DNA of 64,000 nucleotides, taken from assembly GCA_048940645.1 (NCBI GenBank), contig JBHLOI010000001.1, positions 103,636 through 167,635 on the forward strand. Direction: 5' to 3'. The notes beneath the pieces are model-generated. The model did not search any database. It worked only from the letters and a program-made list of their open reading frames with translations, and was not told the DNA's origin. Shown one piece after another: positions 9,188 to 19,521 of this stretch (position 1 is its first letter; each line of letters opens with the position of its first letter). Origin of the DNA: Promethearchaeota archaeon. Lineage in GTDB: Archaea > Asgardarchaeota > Lokiarchaeia > Sigyniarchaeales > SOKP01. The position numbers and the translations under genes are program-made.

Positions 9188-10849
9188 ATGAATTCAAATG
9201 TATTTACTTTTCTTGTTGGCGGAAAAGCTGGTGAGGGTGTAAAAAAGGCAGGTTCTGTTGCTGCACATATCTTTTCTAACCTAGGTTGTCATGTATTCCA
9301 AATGGATGATTATATGAGTTTAATAAGAGGAGGTCATAACTTTTCTGTTGTAAGTACAGCACCTAGATGGATTAGCAGTCATTATATGAAAGCGAATTTG
9401 GTAGTAAATTTTGATAAAAGGAGTTGTGAGACCCATACAAATGATATTGCAGAAAATGGGATTATTGTGTTTAATTCAGATGAACAAGAACTCGATAATG
9501 GCATTGGAATACCTTTAACTTCTGAAGCGAATAAATATCCAATGAAAAAGTTAATGTATGGCGTCGGTGCTGTTGCGATACTAGCGGCAACAATTGGATT
9601 TGAAAAAGAAGAGATGAATCAAATTATTAAAGATGAATATCCAAGAGGGATTGAAGACAATATTGCTTTTGCAGATTCAATTTATGATATCGTATATCCT
9701 GAATGTGGAAAGAAATTTACCTTGGAGAAGGGAGATAAAATAAGACCTATTATTACAGGAAATGAAGCAATTAGTTTAGGAGCTATAGCAGGAGGATTAG
9801 ATGTATATTATGGCTATCCAATGACTCCCGCATCAACAATCCTACACACTCTTGCTCGTGAAACTGAAAATTTTGGTTTAGCAGTTGTTCATGCTGAAAG
9901 TGAAATAGCAGTTATAAATATGGCAATTGGTTCGGCTTTCACCGGAGCAAAAGCTATGGTTGGTACGAGTGGAGGTGGCTTTTCTCTTATGACCGAAGGC
10001 TTCTCTTTAGCAGGTATGACGGAGACACCTGTATTAATTATATTATCACAAAGACCCGGACCAGCAACAGGAGTCCCCACATATACAGAACAAGCTGACT
10101 TAGCCTTTGCCTTAACTGCAGGTCATGGAGATTTCATAAGAATAGTCGCTTCTCCTCGAACAATTAGAGAAGCGTATTATCTTACCGCTGAAATGTTGGA
10201 TTTAGTATGGAAATTTCAAACACCAGGGATATTACTAACTGAAAAACACCTTTCAGAGAGTAGTATGACGGTTGAAATTGATTTAGAAAAATCCAAGTGG
10301 GCAGAGCCAAAAAATCACAAAGATGGTGATTATAAACGTTATTTAGATACTAACGATGGAATTTCTCCTCTGTTATTTCCACCATCAAAACAGACAATAA
10401 AATGGAATAGTTATGAACACGATGAATTTGGTATTACGACGGAAAATGCTGAAAAGATATCATTCATGCATGATAAGAGAAATAAAAAGTTAAAAACGCT
10501 TTTAGATTATTTAAAGGGACAAGATACTGTTAAAATAATTCAAGGGAAGAAATCATCTAATATTTTCACCTATGGCTCTACTTATATGAGCGTTTTAGAA
10601 GCTCTTCAATATGAGAATTTAAATCCTACTATTATTGCGCCAATATATTTAAGTCCATTACCCGTCTGGATATTAGAAGAATTTAAAAATCAGAATAATA
10701 TTGTTGTCGAACAAAACTCTACCGGACAATTTACAAAACTCTTAAAAGAAAAAGCAGGATTAAAGATTAGAAGTACCATTAAACAATATAATGGTCGGCC
10801 ATTTGACCCGATTGATTTAGCAAATAAAATAAAGGAGGTGCTTGATTAA
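9188..10849 (+). CDS. korA: 2-oxoacid:ferredoxin oxidoreductase alpha subunit (gamma-alpha fusion)
   Basis: GGKAGEGV, SLIRGGHN, GYPMTPAS, TSGGG, QRPGPATG. Confidence 0.92.
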   Translation: MNSNVFTFLVGGKAGEGVKKAGSVAAHIFSNLGCHVFQMDDYMSLIRGGHNFSVVSTAPRWISSHYMKANLVVNFDKRSCETHTNDIAENGIIVFNSDEQELDNGIGIPLTSEANKYPMKKLMYGVGAVAILAATIGFEKEEMNQIIKDEYPRGIEDNIAFADSIYDIVYPECGKKFTLEKGDKIRPIITGNEAISLGAIAGGLDVYYGYPMTPASTILHTLARETENFGLAVVHAESEIAVINMAIGSAFTGAKAMVGTSGGGFSLMTEGFSLAGMTETPVLIILSQRPGPATGVPTYTEQADLAFALTAGHGDFIRIVASPRTIREAYYLTAEMLDLVWKFQTPGILLTEKHLSESSMTVEIDLEKSKWAEPKNHKDGDYKRYLDTNDGISPLLFPPSKQTIKWNSYEHDEFGITTENAEKISFMHDKRNKKLKTLLDYLKGQDTVKIIQGKKSSNIFTYGSTYMSVLEALQYENLNPTIIAPIYLSPLPVWILEEFKNQNNIVVEQNSTGQFTKLLKEKAGLKIRSTIKQYNGRPFDPIDLANKIKEVLD

Positions 10850-10850
10850 A

Positions 10851-11690
10851 ATGGAAGATCTTAAAACTGAAGCTGAAATTACATGGTGTCCAGGTTGTGG
10901 TAATTTTGGGATATTTACAGCTATGAGAAATGCAATTCCTATACTAGAACAAAAAGGAATTTCCAGAGAAAATATAATTATGACCGCTGGAATAGGATGT
11001 CATGCTAAAATTTTTGATTATCTTAATTTAAGTGGTTTTTATGGGTTACATGGACGAAACTGTTCGAATTCTGAAGGTATAAAAATTGCAAATCCAGATT
11101 TAAAAATAATTAACTTTTCTGGAGATGCTAATGGTTTAGCGGAAGGATTGGCACATACTATGTTCGCTGCGAAAAGAAATCAAGATATAACATTTATTTT
11201 ACACAATAATAGCGTGTATGCTCTCACAACAGGTCAATTCTCTCCTTTAGCAGAAAAGGGTTGGAAAGGTCCGTCTACTCCCAGAGGAAGTTATGAGGAA
11301 CCATTTAATCCAATGTCTTTAATGATCGAAGTGGGTGCTACTTTCGTTGCAAGAGGTTTTGCTGGAGATATAAAACATCTCACTGATCTTATAGTACAAG
11401 GAGTAGAACACGAAGGTTTCGCTTTCATAGAAGTTTTGCAACCTGCTGTTCCTTACCATAAGTGGGAGGAATACAGAGAACGAGTTGAATACCTTGAAAA
11501 GGAACCAAAAACTTATTTTGAAGCTATTAATGTTGCCAAGGAAAAACATAAGTTTACATTAGGAGTATTTTATAGAACTACAAGACCAGTATATCATAAA
11601 GAGTTATATGGAGATCATAATCCAGTTACCAAAAGGATGTCGAGGGAAATACGAATAGGAAAAATCCGAATAATTCTTGGATCTAAATAA
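10851..11690 (+). CDS. korB: 2-oxoacid:ferredoxin oxidoreductase beta subunit
   Basis: WCPGCG, GIGC, LHGR, GD TPP motif, NN..Y.LT.GQ.SP; ATG at 10851 after a GGAGGTG SD. Confidence 0.92.
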   Translation: MEDLKTEAEITWCPGCGNFGIFTAMRNAIPILEQKGISRENIIMTAGIGCHAKIFDYLNLSGFYGLHGRNCSNSEGIKIANPDLKIINFSGDANGLAEGLAHTMFAAKRNQDITFILHNNSVYALTTGQFSPLAEKGWKGPSTPRGSYEEPFNPMSLMIEVGATFVARGFAGDIKHLTDLIVQGVEHEGFAFIEVLQPAVPYHKWEEYRERVEYLEKEPKTYFEAINVAKEKHKFTLGVFYRTTRPVYHKELYGDHNPVTKRMSREIRIGKIRIILGSK

Positions 11691-11967
11691 GAAATAAGTT
11701 TTATTTTTTATAATTGTTAGATATCCACATTATAAAAAACTAAAAAATCCAACTATTTTTAGTGGTATTCAGATGATTTACAATTAAGTAAATTTAGGCT
11801 AAATCAAATATTAAAGATTAAATAACTTTTATTTAAAATAATCAATATAAAGAAAAAAATCCTAAGTATTAACTAACTATTTTAAGAGAAATTTTTTCAA
11901 TCTAGCATAAAAAATTATTAATTTAATAATAACTTAGAAAATTAATTGAATTATTGGGTCGATTTGT

Positions 11968-12222
11968 ATGAAAAAGTGGACAGCATTTACTATTGGAATA
12001 ATTCTCGTTGTTATTTTTATAGTGACAATGTTTGTATTACCTCCGTTATTAGGGTGGGATTTTCCTAATATTACCAATTGGCAGGAGTTTGTAGAGGCTA
12101 TTAATACACCAGAAAAGTTTGTTATAGGAATCATCATTGAGGTGATTCCGATTATATGTGTAACAATCGGAGCTATATTTATTATATTTTTTGTGATTAA
12201 ATTAATTCGAGGCAAGGAATAA
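11968..12222 (+). CDS. Small two-helix membrane protein
   Basis: Two hydrophobic segments, basic termini. Confidence 0.6.
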   Translation: MKKWTAFTIGIILVVIFIVTMFVLPPLLGWDFPNITNWQEFVEAINTPEKFVIGIIIEVIPIICVTIGAIFIIFFVIKLIRGKE

Positions 12223-12375
12223 ATAAATAAAATTTTTTTTTAATTTCTTCTTGAAAGAAGGATATAATTACTTATATTGAATAATATATATTGTATATTA
12301 GGTATTATTACATAAGAAGATACCATTTTTTATATTCTAATATTTTAACGGTAGTATCATTTTGAGATTTTCAGC

Positions 12376-13455
12376 ATGGAAATAACTAAAAGCGAAGATT
12401 GTCTCATTTTCTATGGTTTCACACCAAAAATTTCGAAAAAAAAACTAATCCATAATGGATTATTAGAATTTATGAAAGAAAAGCAAGCAATTGATCCTTC
12501 AGATAGATTTAACTTAATAGTTTTCAATAAGGATGGCCCCAATTATTTGGAACATTTCACTTTTGATCCTTTTCTTATTTTAAAAACGTTAAAATCATTA
12601 GAACGTTCTATAGTTAAAGCAAATATAGCAAGCGGGATTTTTGTGGCTACAACATTTATCATAGAGGTATTTAAACGAATAACTGAAAAAATCTTTCGGC
12701 TGTTAATTTTAATTGATCACGATATAGAAGATGTTCCTTCCCAACTTATGCCTGTCTTAGAAAACTTAATAGAAAAAGTAAAGGATTTACCTTTCTTTAT
12801 TGATGTTATATACTTATATGAACAAGATACCAACTCAAAACCGAATTTATTGAAATTAGTTAAAAATTATCACGGTGAATTTTATCAAATAGAGAAGAAG
12901 AAGTTTTTAGAAACAATCTTAACAAAAGTTGCTAAAAAAAAATACATCAAAAATGAATTTTATGGACAAAATAATTTGGTAATAACTGAAGAAAATAAAC
13001 CATTTTTTATAAACCTCGCAGACGATCCACCTAATTTTGATAAGGTAGCGACATGTTCCATCTGTTTTCAAAGAGACAATCAAGGTTTGGTCGAATGCAC
13101 TGCCTGTGGAACGGTAACCCATAAAACTTGTTGGTCTCAATGGGCAAAAACATCAAATTTTGGAATCCCTTATGTATTTAGGTGCCACAATTGCTTTAAT
13201 ATATTGAAACTTGATAAAGATTTTGTACTTGATGTGCAAGCAGGTAGAATGCCTATATCTCCAGAAATAAAACAAGTAGAAAAGAAAAATATCGTTGAAT
13301 ACTTACGAGAAATTGAATCAAAAACTCAGCCGAAAGTCGTTCATACTGACGACCCTTTTGCCCCAAAAACAAAAATTTTGATTTGCCCTAACTGTAGTAA
13401 AATCATAAAAACTGAAAAAAGAAATTGCCCATCTTGTGGTTTTTTATTATATTAA
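12376..13455 (+). CDS. vWA-like domain + C4HC3 RING/PHD-type finger + C-terminal zinc ribbon
   Basis: DPSDRFNLIVF vWA-like strand; CSIC-x10-CTAC-x4-H-x2-C-x17-CHNC; CPNC...CPSCG. Confidence 0.7.
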   Translation: MEITKSEDCLIFYGFTPKISKKKLIHNGLLEFMKEKQAIDPSDRFNLIVFNKDGPNYLEHFTFDPFLILKTLKSLERSIVKANIASGIFVATTFIIEVFKRITEKIFRLLILIDHDIEDVPSQLMPVLENLIEKVKDLPFFIDVIYLYEQDTNSKPNLLKLVKNYHGEFYQIEKKKFLETILTKVAKKKYIKNEFYGQNNLVITEENKPFFINLADDPPNFDKVATCSICFQRDNQGLVECTACGTVTHKTCWSQWAKTSNFGIPYVFRCHNCFNILKLDKDFVLDVQAGRMPISPEIKQVEKKNIVEYLREIESKTQPKVVHTDDPFAPKTKILICPNCSKIIKTEKRNCPSCGFLLY

Positions 13456-13480
13456 GTGAATAATTTCAAGATAGTAGCGA

Positions 13481-14011
13481 TCATTCAATCAAAAAAATTG
13501 ATATGATATTTTGAAAATAAATTCCAAATCCTATTAAGAAAGTTAGTAAATTTGCTGTAATAACCATTGAAGTGGTCTTTTTTAACCCAGGGTATTCTAA
13601 ATATCTAGTATTAAAATCTTTAAATAAGTGATTTATTAGAATACATTCTACAGTAATTGGTATTATTTCTATTAAGAAATATATGATTAAAAAATAAAAT
13701 AAAGTTATGAATGTAAGAGATGTGACCATAATTTGAGTAATGGGAAAAGTGAACAAATTAACAATTAAAACCGTTTTATAAATTTTTGAATCATCAAATA
13801 TTTTTCCCCTTAAAAAAAGATACACTACCAGAAATTCAGCATTAAATGTAAAGAAAAACATAAGTGGTAATTCAAAAAAAAAGTAATATAATATACCTTT
13901 AGTATCGTAAAGAGATTCTAATACAATGGGATTAGCCTTTACATTTGGGATACTAAAAATGAAAAAAATTAGTAATAACCATACTATTGATGTATTCCTA
14001 GATTTCATCAA
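13481..14011 (-). CDS. Signal-peptide-bearing membrane protein (copy 2)
   Basis: VKA/NP signal-like N-terminus, ~4 TM helices, paralog of 16095..16631. Confidence 0.8.
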   Translation of the reverse strand: MMKSRNTSIVWLLLIFFIFSIPNVKANPIVLESLYDTKGILYYFFFELPLMFFFTFNAEFLVVYLFLRGKIFDDSKIYKTVLIVNLFTFPITQIMVTSLTFITLFYFLIIYFLIEIIPITVECILINHLFKDFNTRYLEYPGLKKTTSMVITANLLTFLIGFGIYFQNIISIFLIE

Positions 14012-14066
14012 GAACTAAATGGATAAGTAAATTTAAATATCTTTGGGATAACAATTAATCACTTTC

Positions 14067-15854
14067 TCATGATTGTTCCCAGTAACAGGGATAAAAGTAG
14101 GCAAGATCCATTACGTTGCTTGGGAATCCCCGTAAATGCTTATCCCATGCATCATAATTCTTCTCAACATAAAGCCACGCATGGGGTCGAAGGTCCTCAA
14201 CTAAATACCGTTGAATCTCATCATAGATCGCTTCTCTTGTAGGATCGGTTTCTGCAACGCCTTGTTCGAGTAAAGTTTGGAGATAGGGATCATTTACTTG
14301 TGCGGCATTATAGGTTGATATATTGGAGAATAAAGTATTGAGATAATTAGATGGATCATTTAAATCAGGTATCCACCACCAATAGTATAATTGTAAGGCA
14401 TCCCATCCGGCACTTTTTATCCTTAGATTGTATAATCTGTCTTTAAGATCATCCCACGGCATACCAGCATAACCAAGATAAATTCCAATGTGAGCTAAGT
14501 TATCTTCTAACGTAATAAATATTACATCACTGATGGTAACAGAACCTCCAACATTATAAGTTAAGTTTAAAGTTCGAAAATTTGCCGATTGCCATTGAGT
14601 TTCATGATTACCAGGGAAGGAGGGATCCCAACCTACACCAAACCCCATACTTTGCATTATTTCTCTTGCTTTAGTAATGTTGAATTTAGGATAATTAAAT
14701 GACCAGTTGGCATATAATACCCCCTCTGGAATGGGAGATTTTAATCTAGTAGTCCTAACTGGGTTTATAGTATATGTAGCAAACTCATTTTTTTGTATAC
14801 GATCAATTATAGAGCTATAATTGATAGCATAAGAGATTGCATTTCTCCAAGTTACATTAATCTGTTTGTTATTGAATCCTAAGTATTGGGTTATGGCTTT
14901 ATATTCAGCTTCATATAAAAGTACTGCCCCCTCAGCTTCCATTGCGGGGAAGTAGGAGGCGAAAGGATCTGCTATAATATCTATGGCACCAGAAAGTACT
15001 GCCATATTTCTGGCTTCATCATCTTGGATTTTGACATGTACTAAGACATCAAAACCAATTCTTGGTCGATGGTAATCTTCAAATGCGGTGAATCTCACTT
15101 CATAAGCTTCAAGCTTTTGTATTACCATAGGACCAGTTCCAACACAGATACCTGTATCAACTAAAGCAGGATTAATATAATCTAGTTGTGGTGTAGATGT
15201 AGGAGACATGATAACTGATGCAGGGAATGCTAATAGAGCGCGAAAGGGACCATAGGGCTGACTTAAAGTAAACCTCACTTGCCTTGGAGTAATTGCTTCA
15301 ACCTTTTGAATAATTGGAACTCCCTGGACATAATATAATGAATCGACAATAGTGGGGATGTTATAAAAACAGGTCTCAGGTAAAGGGCCCCAAGGATGAG
15401 GAGCTCCATTCCATGTAGTGTTCATCAAATAATGTAATCTCTGAAAACTCCATACAACAGTATCGGCATTAAAATCGGTGCCATCATGAAATTTTACCCC
15501 TTGTTTAAGGTTAAAGGTCAATTCTGTTCCTGTTGGATCGTAAGTACCCAAATCAGTTGCCAATAATGGATAAAGGGCCATTTCAGGGTGACTCAAATTA
15601 AGTGCAAGCAACCCTTCCCACGTCATAATGATAGCATCAAAGGAAGCATCATCCCAGGCGTATTGAGGGTCGATATCCTTAGCTATATTCATGCTCCCAA
15701 AATAAATTCGGGAATAAGGAGGTGGTGGTGGATAAGGATAATATCGATATTGATAAAGATAAATAAATGGTAAAACATTAAAAACAATAATATTTAGAAT
15801 AATTCCTATTGTAATCAAATTTTTTAATAAAGTATTTCCATCTTCTTCTCTCAT
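14067..15854 (-). CDS. ABC transporter family-5 (OppA/DppA-like) substrate-binding protein, N-terminal membrane anchor (copy 2)
   Basis: DPQ, P.LAT, F.LK.GVKFHDGTDFNAD.V..S, GTGP, R.AISYAIN, R.AIY.EIQ. Confidence 0.9.
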   Translation of the reverse strand: MREEDGNTLLKNLITIGIILNIIVFNVLPFIYLYQYRYYPYPPPPPYSRIYFGSMNIAKDIDPQYAWDDASFDAIIMTWEGLLALNLSHPEMALYPLLATDLGTYDPTGTELTFNLKQGVKFHDGTDFNADTVVWSFQRLHYLMNTTWNGAPHPWGPLPETCFYNIPTIVDSLYYVQGVPIIQKVEAITPRQVRFTLSQPYGPFRALLAFPASVIMSPTSTPQLDYINPALVDTGICVGTGPMVIQKLEAYEVRFTAFEDYHRPRIGFDVLVHVKIQDDEARNMAVLSGAIDIIADPFASYFPAMEAEGAVLLYEAEYKAITQYLGFNNKQINVTWRNAISYAINYSSIIDRIQKNEFATYTINPVRTTRLKSPIPEGVLYANWSFNYPKFNITKAREIMQSMGFGVGWDPSFPGNHETQWQSANFRTLNLTYNVGGSVTISDVIFITLEDNLAHIGIYLGYAGMPWDDLKDRLYNLRIKSAGWDALQLYYWWWIPDLNDPSNYLNTLFSNISTYNAAQVNDPYLQTLLEQGVAETDPTREAIYDEIQRYLVEDLRPHAWLYVEKNYDAWDKHLRGFPSNVMDLAYFYPCYWEQS

Positions 15855-16094
15855 AGCAGAGAACTTTTCTATACTTTTTTGTCTTAATATAATTGATAAT
15901 AAGTAAACTTAAAAATCTTTCATCTCAAACTTGAAATGGCTCATAATATAAGACCAATTTTAATAATTTTAATTTAATATTAGCATATAACAAATTTTAT
16001 GAGCTTAGATTATAATTAGTACAATTCTTTTACTAAATAGGTAATTTCATTAAAATAAAATATTTTTCTTCCATCTATGAGATAGTAGCACTCA

Positions 16095-16631
16095 TCAAAT
16101 CAAAATTTTTGATATAATGTTTGGAAAATAAACTCCAAACCCAATTAAGAAAGTTATTAGATTTGCTGTGATAACCATGGAGGTTGTTTTTTTTAATCCG
16201 GGGTATTCTACATATCTTTCATTGAAATTCATAAATAAATAATTTATAAGAAAACACTCTAAACTAATGGGTATAATTTCTATTAAGAAATAAATAATTA
16301 AAAAATAAAATGAAGTGACTAGTAGAAGAATTGAAGCAATAATTTGAGTAATGGGAAATGTAAAAAAATTTACTATAAAAATTAATTTATAAATTTTTGA
16401 CTCATTAAGAATTTTTTTTTTCTTCAAAAAAATATAAACAACTAAAAATTCAGCATTGAATGTAATGAAAAACATAAGCGGCATTTCAATAAAGAAGTAA
16501 TATAGACCACTAACAGTATCAAATAGAGGTATCCTTTCTACTGGAATGGGATTAGCTTTTACATTTAATATATTAAAAATGAAAAAAATTAGAAATATCC
16601 ATATAATTGATACATTCCTAGATTTCATCAA
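16095..16631 (-). CDS. Signal-peptide-bearing membrane protein (copy 1)
   Basis: Paralog of 13481..14011; VKANPIPV. Confidence 0.8.
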   Translation of the reverse strand: MMKSRNVSIIWIFLIFFIFNILNVKANPIPVERIPLFDTVSGLYYFFIEMPLMFFITFNAEFLVVYIFLKKKKILNESKIYKLIFIVNFFTFPITQIIASILLLVTSFYFLIIYFLIEIIPISLECFLINYLFMNFNERYVEYPGLKKTTSMVITANLITFLIGFGVYFPNIISKILI

Positions 16632-16686
16632 GAACTAAATGGATAAGTAAATTTAAATATTTTTGGAAATAGAATTAACCATTTTC

Positions 16687-18474
16687 TTAAGAATAATCCC
16701 AGTAACAGGGATAAAAGTAGGCACGATCCATTGCGTTGCTTGGGAATCCCCGTAAATCCTTATCCCACACGTCATAATTTTTATAAACATAAAGCCACGC
16801 ATGTGGTCTAAGTTCCTCAACTAAATACCGTTGAATCTCATCATAGATCGCTTCTCTTGTAGGATCGGTTTCTGCCATGCCTTGCTCGAGTAACTTTTGG
16901 AGATAGGGATCATTTACCTGTGCGGAATTAAAGGTTGATGTATTGTAGAACATAGGATTGAGATAATCAGATGGATCATTCAAATCCGGGATCCACGCCC
17001 TAGGGTATAATTGTAAGGCGTCCCATCCTGCACTTAATAATCTCTTATTGTATAATCTGTCCTTAAAATCATCCCATGCCATACCAGCATCACCAAGATA
17101 TATTCCAATGTAATCTAAATTATCTTCTAATATATCAAATATTACATCCCAGTATGTAACAGAACTTACGCTAAGAAATGTTAAGTTTAAAGTTCGGAAA
17201 TTTGCTGATGTCCATTGAATTTCATTACTGCCAGGGAACGTAACATCCCATCCTACACCAAAACCCATACTTTGCATTATTTTTCTTGCTTTAGTAATAT
17301 TAAACTCAGGATAATTAAATGACCAATTGGCATGAAGTACTCCTTCTGGAAGTGGTGATTTTAATCGTGTAGTCTTAGGGGGGAATATCGAATATATATC
17401 AAATTTTTTATTATCAATTATAGAGCTATAATTGATTGCATAAGAAATTGCATTTCTCCAAGTGATATTAATCTGTTTGTTATTAAATCCCAGATATTGG
17501 ACAAGATCTTTATGACCAGCCTCAATTAAAGAGATTTCCGCCTCAGCTTCCATATCATCTAGATATTTTGATGAGGGATCTACTATAATATCAACCGCAC
17601 CAGAAAGGACTGCCATGTTTCTGGCATCACCATCAATGATTTTGGCATGTACTAAAATGTCAAGATCTATTCTTGGTCGATGGTAATCTTCAAATGCGGT
17701 GAATCTTACCTCATAAGTTTCAAGTTTTAGTATTTCCATAGGACCAGTTCCAATACACGGTCCATATCCATAGGGACCTGAAACATCAACATTAGCTGGA
17801 TTAATATAATCTAATTGTGGGGTAGAGGTAGGGGACATGATGACAGACCCTGTAAATGCTAATAAAGCGCGAAAAGGACCATAGGGCTGACTTAAAGTAA
17901 ATTTTACTTGGGTTGGAGTAATGGCTTCAACATTTTGAATAATTGGATTACCTTCAATAAAATATAACGGATTAATAATAGTAGCGATGTTATAATAGAC
18001 TGTACTAGTTAGAAGGCCCCAAGGATGAGGAGCTCCATTCCAAGTAGTATTCATTAAATAATGTAATCTCATAAAACTCCATACGACCGCATCGGCATCA
18101 AAATAGGTACCATCGTGGAATCTAACCCCTGATTTAAGATTAAAGGTCAATTCTGTTCCTGTCACATCGTAAGTACCCAAATCAGTTGCCAATAATGGAT
18201 AAAGCGCCATTTCAGGGTGACTCCAGTTACTTGCAAGCAAACCCTCCCACACCATGATGATAGCATCAAAAGAAGCAGAATCCCAGGCATATTGAGGGTC
18301 AATATCTTCAGATATATACATACTCCCAAATTTTAAAATTTGCATTCCACGCCCAGTTTCGATTTTATATTGAGAAAAGTAAACAATTGGTAATATTCCA
18401 AATAAAAAAATATTAAGAATAATTCCTATTCTAATAAAATTTTTTAATAAAGTATTTCCATCTTTTTCTCTCAT
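16687..18474 (-). CDS. ABC transporter family-5 substrate-binding protein (copy 1)
   Basis: GVRFHDGT.FDADAV..S, GTGP; same length (595 aa) as 14067..15854 and collinear with it. Confidence 0.9.
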   Translation of the reverse strand: MREKDGNTLLKNFIRIGIILNIFLFGILPIVYFSQYKIETGRGMQILKFGSMYISEDIDPQYAWDSASFDAIIMVWEGLLASNWSHPEMALYPLLATDLGTYDVTGTELTFNLKSGVRFHDGTYFDADAVVWSFMRLHYLMNTTWNGAPHPWGLLTSTVYYNIATIINPLYFIEGNPIIQNVEAITPTQVKFTLSQPYGPFRALLAFTGSVIMSPTSTPQLDYINPANVDVSGPYGYGPCIGTGPMEILKLETYEVRFTAFEDYHRPRIDLDILVHAKIIDGDARNMAVLSGAVDIIVDPSSKYLDDMEAEAEISLIEAGHKDLVQYLGFNNKQINITWRNAISYAINYSSIIDNKKFDIYSIFPPKTTRLKSPLPEGVLHANWSFNYPEFNITKARKIMQSMGFGVGWDVTFPGSNEIQWTSANFRTLNLTFLSVSSVTYWDVIFDILEDNLDYIGIYLGDAGMAWDDFKDRLYNKRLLSAGWDALQLYPRAWIPDLNDPSDYLNPMFYNTSTFNSAQVNDPYLQKLLEQGMAETDPTREAIYDEIQRYLVEELRPHAWLYVYKNYDVWDKDLRGFPSNAMDRAYFYPCYWDYS

Positions 18475-18558
18475 AGTGGAGAACTTTTATAATTTTTTGT
18501 CTTGTTAAAATTGATAACAAGTAAACTTAAAAATATATCATCTAAATATTTATTAAAT

Positions 18559-19473
18559 TCATAATCGAAGACTCTTCTTTCCTTTCTTGACTTTAAAATT
18601 GACAATAAATATCATAGCTACACTGAGATTTCCGATCCCGAATAAGCCAAGGATAATTAAAAATAAATTATTTTCTGGAACTGAAGTATAGCCAATTCCT
18701 ACTAAATCATATTCAATAGTTTCATTATTCCATTCCCAACTAAAGCATTTATCATAATATTTACTAAGAAATGGTATTTTAGCATGATTTAGATCAGAAA
18801 TAATGCAATCTTCTTCATGATAACAATAATCTGGTAAATGACCATACACTTTAAATTCTACTTTTTCAGTTATATTGCCATTCCAGACCCTAGCCGTTCC
18901 TACATCATAAATAATTTCACAATATCCATAATCTTTTATAATATTTTTAACACTTATTTCTATAGATTCACACAAGAAACTAATTAACACAGAATCGTTT
19001 GCAGGAATAGTTATATTAAAGAGATAAAATATTCTACCATCATTAATATCTTCTATATATTTATTCCAGATTTCTGAAATATTACTTGCATAATTTATAA
19101 CAATTGCATCATAAATGAGAGCTGGGTTATTATCTATGGTTAGTGAATAATTATATATAGGAGCAGGGAGATTAAAAGGTATTGCTATAGAGACATTTAT
19201 TGTTTCATCTGGGTTGAATATCGTATAATTACTTTTAAAGTTCCAACTTAAATAATTCGGAAAGTTTAAAGTATTGATTTCAAATAAAACTTCAGCATTT
19301 ACTAATGAGAGAGTTAAATTTTCTTTCGGTAATATCCCACCTAATCCAGTACTCACTGGAGCGAAATTTGATTTAACAAAATCAGTATTATTTATTTGAT
19401 TTAGTTGGATCATTAATAAAATAAGAATAAATAAGTAAATTTTCCTTTTATTCAACTTCTGTCTCATATTCAA
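18559..19473 (-). CDS. Secreted, C-terminally anchored DUF4424-like protein (copy 2)
   Basis: Signal peptide, NYT..N, YDVGTARVWNGNI motif, C-terminal TM with basic tail, many NxT/S sequons. Confidence 0.6.
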   Translation of the reverse strand: MNMRQKLNKRKIYLFILILLMIQLNQINNTDFVKSNFAPVSTGLGGILPKENLTLSLVNAEVLFEINTLNFPNYLSWNFKSNYTIFNPDETINVSIAIPFNLPAPIYNYSLTIDNNPALIYDAIVINYASNISEIWNKYIEDINDGRIFYLFNITIPANDSVLISFLCESIEISVKNIIKDYGYCEIIYDVGTARVWNGNITEKVEFKVYGHLPDYCYHEEDCIISDLNHAKIPFLSKYYDKCFSWEWNNETIEYDLVGIGYTSVPENNLFLIILGLFGIGNLSVAMIFIVNFKVKKGKKSLRL

Positions 19474-19521
19474 GATACAAAAAAGTCAAAATAACTTTTA
19501 TTTTTTTCCTACAAATGTAAT

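Larger units (their letters stand above)
13481..18540. repeat. Tandem duplication of a ~2.6-kb two-gene unit (SBP + membrane protein)
   Basis: Collinear paralogs; identical 40 bp at 14001-14040 and 16621-16660, including the upstream TTTAAAT box. Confidence 0.9.

Noticed and set aside
14067-18474. Diversity-generating retroelement template/variable repeat pair
   Set aside because: Differences are not adenine-specific, both copies are complete genes and no reverse transcriptase is present.
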